Positions 31,284-41,157 of a DNA stretch of 64,000 nucleotides are shown here, in pieces. The DNA lies in contig CBDBHR010000030.1 of NCBI GenBank assembly GCA_965205865.1, positions 515,031-579,030 on the forward strand, read 5' to 3'. The notes under the pieces were generated by a model that made no database searches, was not told where the DNA came from, and was given only the letters and a program-made list of their open reading frames with translations. Every line of letters starts with the position of its first letter. Position 1 is the first letter of the stretch. A program made the translations under genes and the position numbers. Origin of the DNA: a bacterium. Lineage in GTDB: Bacteria > SAR324 > NAC60-12.

Positions 31284-31650
31284 AAGGAGCCCGAAACATA
31301 GTCGCCGGTGATCGAATCACGGGAGGAAAGTCCGGGCAACGCAGGGCAGGATGCTGGCTAACAGCCAGGCAGCGCGAGCTGACGGAAAGTGCAACAGAAA
31401 ATAAACCGCCGATGGCTTTTTTGAGCACAGGCAAGGGTGAAAAGGCAGGGTAAGAGCCTACCGCGGCTCTGGTGACAGAGTCGGCAGTGTAAACCCCATC
31501 CGTTGCAAGTCCAAATAGAACCGCGTCGAAAGATGGCCCGTCCAGCGGTTGGGTAGGACGCTCGAGGTTCCTGGCAACAGGGATCCCAGATAAATGACTA
31601 TGGTCTGCCGCAAGGCAGGAACAGAACCCGGCTTATTGCGGGCTCCGCTC
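31284..31650 (+). ncRNA. rnpB: RNase P RNA (bacterial type A).
   Basis: P4 GGGAGGAAAGTCCGGGC; ACAGAAAATAAACCGCC; GGTAAGAGCCTACC; GCAAGTCCAAATAG; 3' ACAGAACCCGGCTTA. P1 pairing ggagcccg (31286-93) with cgggctcc (31639-46). Confidence 0.75.
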
Positions 31651-31668
31651 GACAGGCATGATAGAATT

Positions 31669-33249
31669 TCAAGGCCGCGGCAGCGCTTTGAGACAGAGCA
31701 GTGAGGTGGTCGAGGTGTTCTTCACGGTATAGTCTTGCAAGGCTACGGGAAGAAATAATCCATTCGCCGGTTGCAGGAAAGCGGGTTTCTGCGACCGGCG
31801 TTCCTGCGGCGCGGGGACCGGCCCGCCTTTTTTGTCGAGGGAGAAATGAAGCGTTCCTTCTCCCTTTACGCCGTACCACAGGTGGTAATCATCGCCCGTC
31901 TTATCCGAGTATTCACCCCCGGGGCGGACGATGATGCGCTCGACTGAAAAATCCGGGAAATCCACCACGCGTTCTTTTTGCCACTCTTCCGTTTTTCCCA
32001 ATTCCTGCGGCGGAGAGCTGCGGTACGCTTCGGGTTTCAGCAGGGAGAGAGCTTTTGCCGTGTCCCGGTAATCCTGGGTGAGCACCTTTTGCCCGGACAT
32101 GAGAATCAGTCTTTCGTAATGCGGCGTTTGGAATTCAACGACCCGAATGCCATGCTGCAGGCTATGCAGGTGACAGGGGGGAAAGGTAATGACGTCCCCC
32201 ACCCCGACCTGGTGATTTCCCACAAAATCGTAAAGTTGCTCCCGGCGCCGTTTTTCTTCATTTTGCAAGACGAGCGGGATTTTTTTCAGGAGTTGTAAAG
32301 CGGTCTCCGGGGGGAGAGTGGCATGAGGGTCGATATGTTCACGTATTTTCATCTCATCCAGCAAACTGTCGATCCGGAGGCGGGTGTCCGCATAGGCGGC
32401 AAGGGAGCTTTCAAAATTCCGCAGGTAGGGGGCGAGCCAGTCCTCTCCACGGCAATCCCGGTAAGCTTTCACTTTGCCGGGATGCAATCCTGCCTTGATG
32501 ATGCCCACCCCTGAAGGCCAGGCTGTGGGATCGATCTCCGTGACCAGATAAACTTCCCATTTTTTTTCATGCATTTCCAGGTAGAGGTCTCCCAAGACTT
32601 TCTGGGGCGCCGGATTCAAGGTTTTCAACAAAATCGGGCACTCCGCGTGGTTCTTCAAATAGCACTGGCGAAAGAGGGACAACGCATAGGGCAATTCCGT
32701 GGATCCTTCGGCAGTCCGTACGCGAGCCACTCCTCTTTTTTCAACCCCGGTGTACCATTCTTCATACCCCCATGGCTTGGGAACGAGGACCGTTTGCAAG
32801 GACAGGGGTTGCCCGGAAGACAGCAGGGCCGCCCGCTGCTGAGCGGCGATCGTTTCCAGCGGCGCCTGCCGGTTCAGTTGCAGCATTCGTTCGATTTCAG
32901 AGGCAGGTCGAAATGAGCCCTTCCAGACGCAACCCCGCATCGCAGCCGAGTCGGATTGGAAACACAAAAGCTCCTGAAAATCCTGGCGGAGTGCCGGTTG
33001 TCGCCAGGATTCTTCCCGCCGTCTATCGAGAAGCAGGAAAAATCGCGTGATCGCATGGTTTCGCATCCACTCGTGAATGAAGGGAGCCAACAAGGCGCCC
33101 TCGAATTTTCCCAGGTCGCTTCTTCCCCGCAGATCCACTGCCAGGAAGGCGCGTCGCCTGGAATTGCGAGGTGGCGAGATGATCCGAACCTGATGCCGGT
33201 GGGCGTCCCAAAGCGCGGATAGGATGGAGACGGACATGGTCATGATCAA
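31669..33249 (-). CDS. Cupin-fold protein with weak similarity to type I phosphomannose isomerase; function uncertain.
   Basis: KPWGYEEWY and PILLKTLNP resemble PMI-I N-terminal motifs. GDVITFPPCHLHSLQHG..VEFQTP is cupin-like metal-site spacing. 526 aa. Confidence 0.4.
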   Translation of the reverse strand: MIMTMSVSILSALWDAHRHQVRIISPPRNSRRRAFLAVDLRGRSDLGKFEGALLAPFIHEWMRNHAITRFFLLLDRRREESWRQPALRQDFQELLCFQSDSAAMRGCVWKGSFRPASEIERMLQLNRQAPLETIAAQQRAALLSSGQPLSLQTVLVPKPWGYEEWYTGVEKRGVARVRTAEGSTELPYALSLFRQCYLKNHAECPILLKTLNPAPQKVLGDLYLEMHEKKWEVYLVTEIDPTAWPSGVGIIKAGLHPGKVKAYRDCRGEDWLAPYLRNFESSLAAYADTRLRIDSLLDEMKIREHIDPHATLPPETALQLLKKIPLVLQNEEKRRREQLYDFVGNHQVGVGDVITFPPCHLHSLQHGIRVVEFQTPHYERLILMSGQKVLTQDYRDTAKALSLLKPEAYRSSPPQELGKTEEWQKERVVDFPDFSVERIIVRPGGEYSDKTGDDYHLWYGVKGEGTLHFSLDKKGGPVPAPQERRSQKPAFLQPANGLFLPVALQDYTVKNTSTTSLLCLKALPRP

Positions 33250-33408
33250 AATATGGGAATAAAAAACATCTCCGCGGTCAACTGCGAGCTATCAAGACCT
33301 CGACCGCTTCGCGCTCTCCGGAGAGGCAAAGCGCCGGAACGGTCGGTCACGCGGCAAGCTACGGGGAAGCGCACGCGGAAAATCGAAGACGAGCGCCAAG
33401 AAAACGGG

Positions 33409-34398
33409 TCAAAACAAATCGGGTTTGAGCGTATGGTTTTGCAATGCATGCATGGTACTCGAAGAAATCTCAGACAAAAAGCGAGACACGGTGGCCACTT
33501 CGTTGGCAGGAAGCGCATATCGGGATATGAATTCAACGGAAAAATTGCCGGCAAGCGGAGCATGCTCTTCGGATGAAAGAATCCCCCTCCCCTTGAGGGA
33601 GGGGTCGGGGGTGAGGTGTCGCGGGGAGGGGTAATACGGCATTTGGGCCATGATTTGTCGGCAAGCCGCTTCATTGGGATCGAGTATCACCGCCTGGCGT
33701 CCCAACTCTTGAAAGGCTTTTTCAAATAATTTTGCCTGGTATCCATAATGGGTACATCCCAAAAAAGCATAAAGGGGTTTGAAAGGTCGGGACGTTTGCG
33801 CCAGGGCAATTTTGATGAAGTTCGTGATGCTCTGATAGACCTGTTTTCCTTCAGGGTCATTGGAGATCATGGTGGCCACTCCCGGAAGGGCTCGGGAAAT
33901 CATGCGATCGCCGGCAATGCCGGCTGCTGACAGCTTTGTGGCGTAAATCGATTCCGCAATGGTGGTCTCGGCAGCAAAAATGAATACGCCGGATGCGGGA
34001 TTGGCGGAGAGGTGGCGGACAATCTGGCAGACGCCGGCGGAAATCATACCTGCCGGCGAAAGGGCAAAGCGACGGCTTTGCTTGTCCTGGAAAAAAGCCG
34101 TCTCCGAGAGCAAGGCGGACAGAGTATGGCAGGCGATAAAAATGAAATCAGGCTGGTACCAGCGCTCGATCCCCGCCAGGACTTTGTCGAAGAAAAAAAT
34201 TTTCTGCAACCGCGATTCCATTTGATTGAATCCCCAATCATTTTCGGGAACGGCATTCACGTATTTGAATTCGACGGAAGCGGAGCGCCACCTGTTTGGG
34301 CGCTTGGCGGAACCAGACGCTCCGCCGACGCGGCGAGGGGTCAGTAAGGCGCAGATGGACAGGCCACCCAGTCCGGAATCGACAATCGCAATTTTCAT
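33409..34398 (-). CDS. murI: Glutamate racemase. The ORF runs about 60 codons past the expected MurI C-terminus, through a REP-like element.
   Basis: MKIAIVDSGLGGLS N-terminus. The conserved CTHYP-type motif (LGCTHYGY) is present. The C-terminal tail (PSPRHLTPDPSLKGRGIL...) is encoded by repeat DNA. Confidence 0.8.
   Translation of the reverse strand: MKIAIVDSGLGGLSICALLTPRRVGGASGSAKRPNRWRSASVEFKYVNAVPENDWGFNQMESRLQKIFFFDKVLAGIERWYQPDFIFIACHTLSALLSETAFFQDKQSRRFALSPAGMISAGVCQIVRHLSANPASGVFIFAAETTIAESIYATKLSAAGIAGDRMISRALPGVATMISNDPEGKQVYQSITNFIKIALAQTSRPFKPLYAFLGCTHYGYQAKLFEKAFQELGRQAVILDPNEAACRQIMAQMPYYPSPRHLTPDPSLKGRGILSSEEHAPLAGNFSVEFISRYALPANEVATVSRFLSEISSSTMHALQNHTLKPDLF
33581..33631. 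repeat. REP-like G/C palindromic element (degenerate, compound), lying in-frame inside the murI 3' extension.
   Basis: tccccctccccttgagggaggggtcgggggtgaggtgtcgcggggagggg. Confidence 0.75.
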
Positions 34399-34446
34399 TG
34401 AAACGCCTGAAATGCTTTTCAATTTCAATAAAGGAAAAAGGCCGCT

Positions 34447-37400
34447 TCAGTTTGCCATACCAGCCGCCTCTTGAAATTCGACCGAAACCATTTTGGAAAC
34501 TCCCGGCTCTTCCATGGTCACCCCATACAAACGGTGCCCTATTTCCATGGTCCTCTTGTTGTGCGTGATGATGATGAATTGTGAATCCTTCATCATCTGT
34601 TGGATCATCACATTGAAACGCCTCACGTTCACGTCGTCCAAAGGCGCGTCTACTTCATCGAGTAAACAAAAAGGACAGGGTTTGATCAAAAAGATCGCAA
34701 AAATGAGCGAGATGGCCGTCAGGGCTTTCTCACCTCCTGAAAGCAAATTCATGTTTTGTAGTTTTTTCCCGGGAGGCTGAGCAATGATCTGAATACCGGC
34801 TTCCAGGACGTCTTCGTCATCCGTCAGAACCATGCGGGCCTCTCCCCCTTCGAACAAGGTGGTAAAGGTCTCTTTGAAATACTGATTGACCTGTTCGAAG
34901 GTTTTCTGAAACCGCTGGCGTGATTCCACGTTGATTGCTCGAATGGATTGTCTCAAATCATTCATGGCCTTTTGCAAATCCGAAGATTGCTGCTCCAGAA
35001 AAAGGACTCTTTCCGCGAGGGCCGCGTGTTCCTGCGGAGCGCTCTGGTTGACGTGGGACATTTCGTTCAACCGCGCGCGCAATTTTTTCAATTGTCCCGC
35101 CAGCTGACTTTCATCGAGATTCTCGAGATCCAATTGCTCCGTCATTTCCTGAGGAGCAAGGCTGTATGAATTGGATATTTCCTCTTCGATTTGTTCACGC
35201 TGAATGCGTTGTTCGGTTGCCTGCAGGCTTGCTTCATGTATTTTCGTCAACAACCGCTCCAACTCCTCCGTCAGCTCCTGCAAATCTGTAGAGGATTGGG
35301 ATCGTTTTTCCATCATTTGCTCGTGAATCTCCGTTTCCTGGTTCAAACGGGTCTTCAAGGCATCCCTTGCTTGCAGAAAGTCGTCGAAACGGGAATCGAT
35401 TTCTGCGATGATCTGCCGGCTTTTTTTGATTTTTTCCCCGACTTCTTTTTGAGAATTCTGCAAAACCCCCATGCGTTTCCGACAATCCATCGACTCGTGG
35501 GATAGTCGTTGTACCCGCTCCTCAGCGGTTTTGAGTTGTTGATGGACTTCCGTCAGCTTCACCCGGGTGGTGAGCAAGGTTTCCAATATTTTTTCCACGG
35601 TCTCCCGTTGGGCCCGCATCGATTGCTGGTGTCCTTCCATTTCCCCTTCCAGGCGTTTGCGGTCTTTTTCGAGGTGGACCAGTTTCGTATCGATTTCCTG
35701 CCGGTCTTTTTCATATTTTTCGATTTCCTGCCGCTGCTGTTGCCGGTCTGCTTTGAGTTGTTCCTTGAGTTGCGCGGTCCGTCGGTGTTCGAGTTGGTCG
35801 AATTCCAGTTCTTTGTGGAGGCGGGACAATTCCACATCCGATTCATGCTGCCGGCTTTTTTCCCGGTCAATGGTTTCACTCCGTTGCGAGTATTGATCTT
35901 CGAGGGCCGTTTTTTCTTTCTGCAAGAGGGCCATTTCTTTCTGCGAATGCGATGCTTTTTGGGTCAGCATTTCAATTTGGTTTTTACGTTTGAGGAAGCC
36001 AAAGGACGATTGGCGAGGCTGACCGATTCTGACGATTCCCTGCCGCGCGTAATAACTCCCTTGAGGAGAAATCCATTCAATGGCTGTTTCGTCCACCGGT
36101 CGGGTTTGCCATGCCTGCTGGTTTTCCACCAGGTAAATCCGGCTGAAGAATCCCCGCGCCAACGAAGTAACGGCAGTATCCGGCAGGGGGGCGACGAATC
36201 GAAGCAGATCCGACAAAGGAATACCGGGCAGTTGGCCGGGAGGGGGAAAATGGTCTGCCTGGTCCAGGGGGATGAAACCCAGGCGCCCCATTTCCTGCTG
36301 CTGGCAAAACCTTTCGATCTCGGGGAGAAATGCCGCTTTTTCCACCAGCAACAAATCCAGGTAATCCACCAGGGCGGGAGCGACTTTGGCAAAGTGGGAA
36401 GCTTCGACGTTGAGGAATTCAGCCACCACTCCTATAATTCCCAGGCGTTTTTTTTCCGCAGGGGATTCTTTCAGCAACATTAAAAAAGATTTCACGCTTT
36501 CATCGAGATCTTCATATTGATCCTGAATGCTCCTCAGGGATTCGAGGTGGGAGGTAGTCGTCTGAAAGCGATATTGTCTTTCCTGCAGTCGCCTCTCATG
36601 GTCCGCCATTTTTCTTTGATGATCCGCATGCGCCGCTTCCAATTCTTGCAGGGATTGCAAAGCCTGCTCTTGCTCCGTCTGCAAACGATTGACGTTTTCC
36701 CCGGTTCGCGTCGCTTTCTCATGAGTCTCGCGCAAATAGGCCTCGTTGCTCCGTCTCTGTTCCTCGAGGCGGATGCCTCGTTCCGAAGTACTTTCAAGAC
36801 GGTCTTGCAAAAATCCTTTTTGATTCGAGTGATTGGTCAAGCGCGTATGAATGGCAAGCAACTGTGTTTGTAAGGCTTGCGTGGCTTCGTTCAAGGTATT
36901 CAGGACGTTCCCCTCCTGTTGACGAGACTGCTCGACCTGCTCGACGTCCTCCTCGATTTGCACGAATTGTTTTTCCAGCAAGGCTGTTTCCTCTTGCGCG
37001 CAAGCCTGCTGCTCCCGCAAGATGGCGTCCTTGCCTTGCAATTCTTCCAACTCGCGGGCGTGTTGTTGGATCCACTCCTCGTAGTTTTGTATGTTTTGCC
37101 GTTCCAGTATACGTTTGTTGTCACTTTCCTGGATTTCCCGTTCTTTCTGAAACGCCTCTTCGCGAAGGGTTTCCAGGTGGGTGTTGTGCCGGGTCGATTC
37201 CGAAGAAAGTTGTTCCAGTCGATTTTCCCGGACGGCGCGCTTTTCCTGCAAGACCGTCTGCTGTTTTTGGTGGCGGTTTTTGATGGTTTGCGATTCTTTT
37301 TCCTGCCGCTGCGTCCTTTGCCATTTCAAGGCCAGCAGTTGTTGATCGATTTGCCGCGTTTTATTTTTCAGATCGAGATAACGGATCGCTTTGTCCATTT

Positions 37401-38034
37401 GTTCGCGGAGGCCTTTTTCCTGGCGGCGCAACTCCTGCAGCAGATCGTCGACGCGCAACAGATTTTGCTGCGTGCTTTCCAAGCGTCTTTCCGCAGTTTG
37501 ACGTTTCGTTTTGAATTTGACGATACCCGCCGCTTCCTCGATCAGATAACGGCGGTCGAGGGGTTTGGCGCTAATTATTTCTCCCACTCTTCCCTGCTCG
37601 ATGATAGCATAGGATTTGCTGCCGATCCCGGTGTCCATGATCAACTCCCGCACGTCCATCAAGCGTACCGGTGATTTATTGATCATATAGACGCTCTCGC
37701 CGGAACGGTACAATTTACGGGAAACCGAAATTTCCGCAAAGTCCCGGTATCGAGGCAACACGGGACCGGCCTGATTATCGAAGGTCAGCATCACCTCGGC
37801 CAGGCCGACCGGTTTTTGGAAGTCACTGCCTGCGAAAATCACGTCTTCCATCCCGCCTCCACGTAAGTGCTTGGCACTTTGCTCTCCCAGCACCCAGAGG
37901 ATGGCATCGGCGACGTTGCTCTTGCCACACCCATTGGGGCCGACCACCATGGTGATGCCATTTTGGATGAACTCGAATTTGACGGAATGACAAAAAGACT
38001 TGAATCCTGTGATTTGCAGACTTTTGATGCGCAT
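34447..38034 (-). CDS. smc: Chromosome partition protein Smc.
   Basis: 1195 aa. Walker A (GPNGCGKSN); long coiled coils with hinge; C-terminal ABC signature (LSGGEKALTAISLIFAIF) and Walker B (LDEVDAPLD). Confidence 0.9.
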   Translation of the reverse strand: MRIKSLQITGFKSFCHSVKFEFIQNGITMVVGPNGCGKSNVADAILWVLGEQSAKHLRGGGMEDVIFAGSDFQKPVGLAEVMLTFDNQAGPVLPRYRDFAEISVSRKLYRSGESVYMINKSPVRLMDVRELIMDTGIGSKSYAIIEQGRVGEIISAKPLDRRYLIEEAAGIVKFKTKRQTAERRLESTQQNLLRVDDLLQELRRQEKGLREQMDKAIRYLDLKNKTRQIDQQLLALKWQRTQRQEKESQTIKNRHQKQQTVLQEKRAVRENRLEQLSSESTRHNTHLETLREEAFQKEREIQESDNKRILERQNIQNYEEWIQQHARELEELQGKDAILREQQACAQEETALLEKQFVQIEEDVEQVEQSRQQEGNVLNTLNEATQALQTQLLAIHTRLTNHSNQKGFLQDRLESTSERGIRLEEQRRSNEAYLRETHEKATRTGENVNRLQTEQEQALQSLQELEAAHADHQRKMADHERRLQERQYRFQTTTSHLESLRSIQDQYEDLDESVKSFLMLLKESPAEKKRLGIIGVVAEFLNVEASHFAKVAPALVDYLDLLLVEKAAFLPEIERFCQQQEMGRLGFIPLDQADHFPPPGQLPGIPLSDLLRFVAPLPDTAVTSLARGFFSRIYLVENQQAWQTRPVDETAIEWISPQGSYYARQGIVRIGQPRQSSFGFLKRKNQIEMLTQKASHSQKEMALLQKEKTALEDQYSQRSETIDREKSRQHESDVELSRLHKELEFDQLEHRRTAQLKEQLKADRQQQRQEIEKYEKDRQEIDTKLVHLEKDRKRLEGEMEGHQQSMRAQRETVEKILETLLTTRVKLTEVHQQLKTAEERVQRLSHESMDCRKRMGVLQNSQKEVGEKIKKSRQIIAEIDSRFDDFLQARDALKTRLNQETEIHEQMMEKRSQSSTDLQELTEELERLLTKIHEASLQATEQRIQREQIEEEISNSYSLAPQEMTEQLDLENLDESQLAGQLKKLRARLNEMSHVNQSAPQEHAALAERVLFLEQQSSDLQKAMNDLRQSIRAINVESRQRFQKTFEQVNQYFKETFTTLFEGGEARMVLTDDEDVLEAGIQIIAQPPGKKLQNMNLLSGGEKALTAISLIFAIFLIKPCPFCLLDEVDAPLDDVNVRRFNVMIQQMMKDSQFIIITHNKRTMEIGHRLYGVTMEEPGVSKMVSVEFQEAAGMAN

Positions 38035-38279
38035 GTGGCAAGTCTTTGAAAATGGCGGAGCGGACTGTTATTTTTCTATGACGTCATCAGAATCTATGCC
38101 ATAGTGCGGGGATAAAGAAAAGTTTTCCCGTAAATGACGCGGATTCCACGGCGAGTATCATGGACAGCAACAAACGATGCGGAAAAATCTGTTGATTTCA
38201 ATTACGGGACTGTGATACCTTGCCGGGAAGCTCCATTGAGTAAACGTCATTGCTCTACCATTCTGCGAAAGTTTTTACC

Positions 38280-38513
38280 ATGTCGGAACACGCTTTTGAA
38301 ACTGCATTGAAACATCTCGAGGAAGCTGTCAACCAACTGGAGACCGGTTCGTTGCCTCTGGAAGATGCCTTGAAATCCTTTGAAAACGGCATTCGCTGGA
38401 GCAGGGAATGCCACCGGTTTCTGGAAAAAGCCGAAAAACGCATCGAAGTGATTTTGAAAAATGAGCAGGGAGAACACGCCCGGAGCTTATTCGATGCGGA
38501 GCAGCGGGATTGA
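38280..38513 (+). CDS. xseB: Exodeoxyribonuclease VII small subunit.
   Basis: 77 aa; MSEHAFETALKHLEEAVNQLETGSLPLEDALKSFENGI is a typical XseB helix-hairpin sequence. Confidence 0.75.
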   Translation: MSEHAFETALKHLEEAVNQLETGSLPLEDALKSFENGIRWSRECHRFLEKAEKRIEVILKNEQGEHARSLFDAEQRD

Positions 38514-38633
38514 CTATCCACATTCATATAATGCAAAATCACTGCTTGGAACCTCACTTTTCCACTTTCCTTCTGAAAACAATCAAACCATCTCCTCTCC
38601 GGAGTCTCTTACCTTTTCGATAAAGGAATTTTA

Positions 38634-41075
38634 ATGATAAAAGAAAATAAAAAAATGCTCGTCAACGTCGATGATGACGAAACGCGTATTGCCGCGGTCA
38701 CCGGGAATACCCTGGACAATCTCCACGTCGAACAGACGGGAACCAATCGAATGATTGGCAACATCTATCGTGGCAAGGTGGTCAAAGTGCAGAGTTCCTT
38801 CCAGGCCGCTTTTGTGGAATACGGGGCGGAGCGTCACGGGTTTCTGGCGTTTTCGGACGTCAACTTTCAGGTCATCAAAGCTGCCGATAATCCGCTTAGT
38901 AAATCTGCCATTGAAAAATTTCTCAAGCCCGGACAATGGGTCATGGTACAAGTGACCCGCAATCAAATAGGACGCAAAGGGGCGAGTCTGACGACCCATA
39001 TCAGCCTGCCGGGACGTTTTCTGGTCTTCATGCCCAACAGCAACAAGGGAGGCGTTTCCAAGAAAATCGAGGATTTGGAAACCCGGGCGCGCTTGAAGCA
39101 TTTGCTCGAGGGACTGTGTGGCGAGAAAGATTCGGCAATCATCCGCACTGCCGGAGTGAACCGGGGCGCATCCGAACTGAAGCGGGATTTCATGGCCCTG
39201 CGCCGCAAATGGAACGAAATCCTGAGAAATTATGAAAGCGCCGCCGGACCCGGACTTTTGTATGAGGAAGAGGACGTGGTGGTGCGCACCTTGAGAGACT
39301 ATTTTATCGACGACATTGCTGAAATCTGGATTGATCACCCGGAAACCTTTCAACGAGCCCGGGAGTTTTTCAAGGCCAATATTCCCAACCGCCAGAAGCG
39401 CCTGCAATTTTATTTGGGAGAACGTTCCCTGTTTTCGGATTATGGCATTGAAAACCAAATCGAACAGCTCAGCAGTAACCATGTGCCACTTCCTTCAGGA
39501 GGGAGCCTGGTGATCGATCCCACCGAGGCCTTGGTGGCGATCGACGTCAATTCAGGACGTTACAACCAGAGCCATGATATCGAAGAGACGGCACTGCGCA
39601 CCAATCAGGAGGCGGCCGAGGAAGTCGCCCGTCAGCTTCGTTTGCGGAATCTGGGGGGCTTGATCGTGATTGATTTCGTCGATATGACTGGCGAGGAAAA
39701 CCGCAATGCCGTTGTCAGAACGATGGAAGAGCGCTTGCAGGACGACAAAGCCAAGTGGACCCTGGGGAGTATTTCACAATTCGGTTTGCTCGAAATGAGC
39801 CGGCAGCGCATCGCCAATGCGCTTTCCCAGGAAATGAAAACCACCTGTCCCACTTGTGGCGGGATGGGGGAAGTTCTTTCGGTTTCCTCCCTGGCCAACG
39901 CGGTTTTGCGGAAAATCCGGGATCTGGCTGCAACTGCGGTGCGCGGGAGTGGCGAGATCATTGAAATCCATAGCCTCGTTCCGGTGGAATTATCCAATCA
40001 TTTGTTCAATAAGAAACGGCAACAGTTGGATGAACTCGAAGTTGAATTCGGCATCAAGATAGTGCTGACGGCGGATCTTTCCGCAGATCCCGGAAAATTG
40101 CCGGATTTCGAGGTGCTCAACAGAACGGCCGGTACCTCGGAAACGGTCGGTGGAAGCGGGAAAAAATCATTGCGGGAAGAAGAGAAGACTCCCAAGGACA
40201 AGGAAGAGAAAGAAAAATCAGGAAAAAACCGGCGTAAAAAGGAAAAACCGGCGGCTCTTTCACAGCCATCCGAAAGCATGGAAGAAGCAAAAACCGCAGT
40301 CGACCCGGCGGAAGAACCGGTGGATTCCAATAAGGATTTACCTGGCGAAGTGGAAAAGCCACCAAAACCCGTCCCCTTGTATAGCAGCGCCCACCAGCCT
40401 GGGCCCGCAGAGCAGGCAGGCGTCGCGCCACCGGCGCTTCCCTCCGCAAAAGCGAATCCCCCTGATGAGAATGGCAAAGACGTTCCTCCGTCCACCGTGC
40501 TTTTCAGCAGTTCCCATCGTGATTCACGGCAAAACCGGATCAGTCCCCCTCCCCCGGCCCCTCCCTCCAGGGGAGGGGAATTGATCGATCGCGCTCCGGA
40601 GGTTGCGGAACCGGTGGATCATATCAGCGCGGCCGGGGTTGCCGTTTCCGAGCCGGTGAACGAGCCCGCCGCCGTGGAGGTTCCGCCACCAGTTCCCGTC
40701 GCCGGGGAAAAGGCGCCGGCCAAGCCACGCGGCTCCACGAGGCGAAAGCCGACTCAAAAAAAAGAAACAGCCGAGCCGGCCACGCGGAGTGAAAAAAAAC
40801 CGAAGCCAAAACCCCGCAATGCTCCCAAAAAAGCGGAAGATACTGCGGAAAAGAAGGACGAAAGCGCAGCCGTGACTGCAAAGGCGGGCAAGAAAACTGC
40901 TGCAGAAACCGTGAAGAGCAAATCGAAAAAAACGACGACTCCTTCAAAAGCAGAACCCACTGCCACTGAAAAGGCGGCCAAAAAAGCTCAGCCGACCACC
41001 GCTAAAAAGGCAGCCGGGACGAAAACCGCAAAGTCGGGCAAAGCAGTCCGCCAAAGCGGGAAAACAACGGAGTGA
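38634..41075 (+). CDS. rne: Ribonuclease E (RNase E/G family) with a Lys/Ala/Pro/Glu-rich disordered C-terminal scaffold region.
   Basis: S1 domain (GNIYRGKVVKVQSSFQAAFVEYGAERHGFL); DNase I-like catalytic region; Zn-link CPTCGGMG; low-complexity C-terminus. Contains an in-frame REP-like insert at 40544-40579. Confidence 0.85.
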   Translation: MIKENKKMLVNVDDDETRIAAVTGNTLDNLHVEQTGTNRMIGNIYRGKVVKVQSSFQAAFVEYGAERHGFLAFSDVNFQVIKAADNPLSKSAIEKFLKPGQWVMVQVTRNQIGRKGASLTTHISLPGRFLVFMPNSNKGGVSKKIEDLETRARLKHLLEGLCGEKDSAIIRTAGVNRGASELKRDFMALRRKWNEILRNYESAAGPGLLYEEEDVVVRTLRDYFIDDIAEIWIDHPETFQRAREFFKANIPNRQKRLQFYLGERSLFSDYGIENQIEQLSSNHVPLPSGGSLVIDPTEALVAIDVNSGRYNQSHDIEETALRTNQEAAEEVARQLRLRNLGGLIVIDFVDMTGEENRNAVVRTMEERLQDDKAKWTLGSISQFGLLEMSRQRIANALSQEMKTTCPTCGGMGEVLSVSSLANAVLRKIRDLAATAVRGSGEIIEIHSLVPVELSNHLFNKKRQQLDELEVEFGIKIVLTADLSADPGKLPDFEVLNRTAGTSETVGGSGKKSLREEEKTPKDKEEKEKSGKNRRKKEKPAALSQPSESMEEAKTAVDPAEEPVDSNKDLPGEVEKPPKPVPLYSSAHQPGPAEQAGVAPPALPSAKANPPDENGKDVPPSTVLFSSSHRDSRQNRISPPPPAPPSRGGELIDRAPEVAEPVDHISAAGVAVSEPVNEPAAVEVPPPVPVAGEKAPAKPRGSTRRKPTQKKETAEPATRSEKKPKPKPRNAPKKAEDTAEKKDESAAVTAKAGKKTAAETVKSKSKKTTTPSKAEPTATEKAAKKAQPTTAKKAAGTKTAKSGKAVRQSGKTTE
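40544..40579. repeat. REP-like G/C palindromic element inside the rne coding sequence (in-frame).
   Basis: tccccctcccccggcccctccctccaggggagggga, translated SPPPPAPPSRGGE. Confidence 0.8.
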
Positions 41076-41157
41076 TCCACTCGAGCGCTGAGCTGAATTG
41101 GCGTTTCGACCTTGCGGTCAGCTGGAGTGGTGTTCCACGAAAGGCGTGATAAAGGCT

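Noticed and set aside
35509-37674. Plus-strand ORFs 35509..36483 (324 aa) and 36877..37674 (265 aa) opposite smc.
   Set aside because: Antisense to smc. Phe/Leu-rich low-complexity translations typical of the complement of Glu/Lys/Gln-rich coiled-coil coding.
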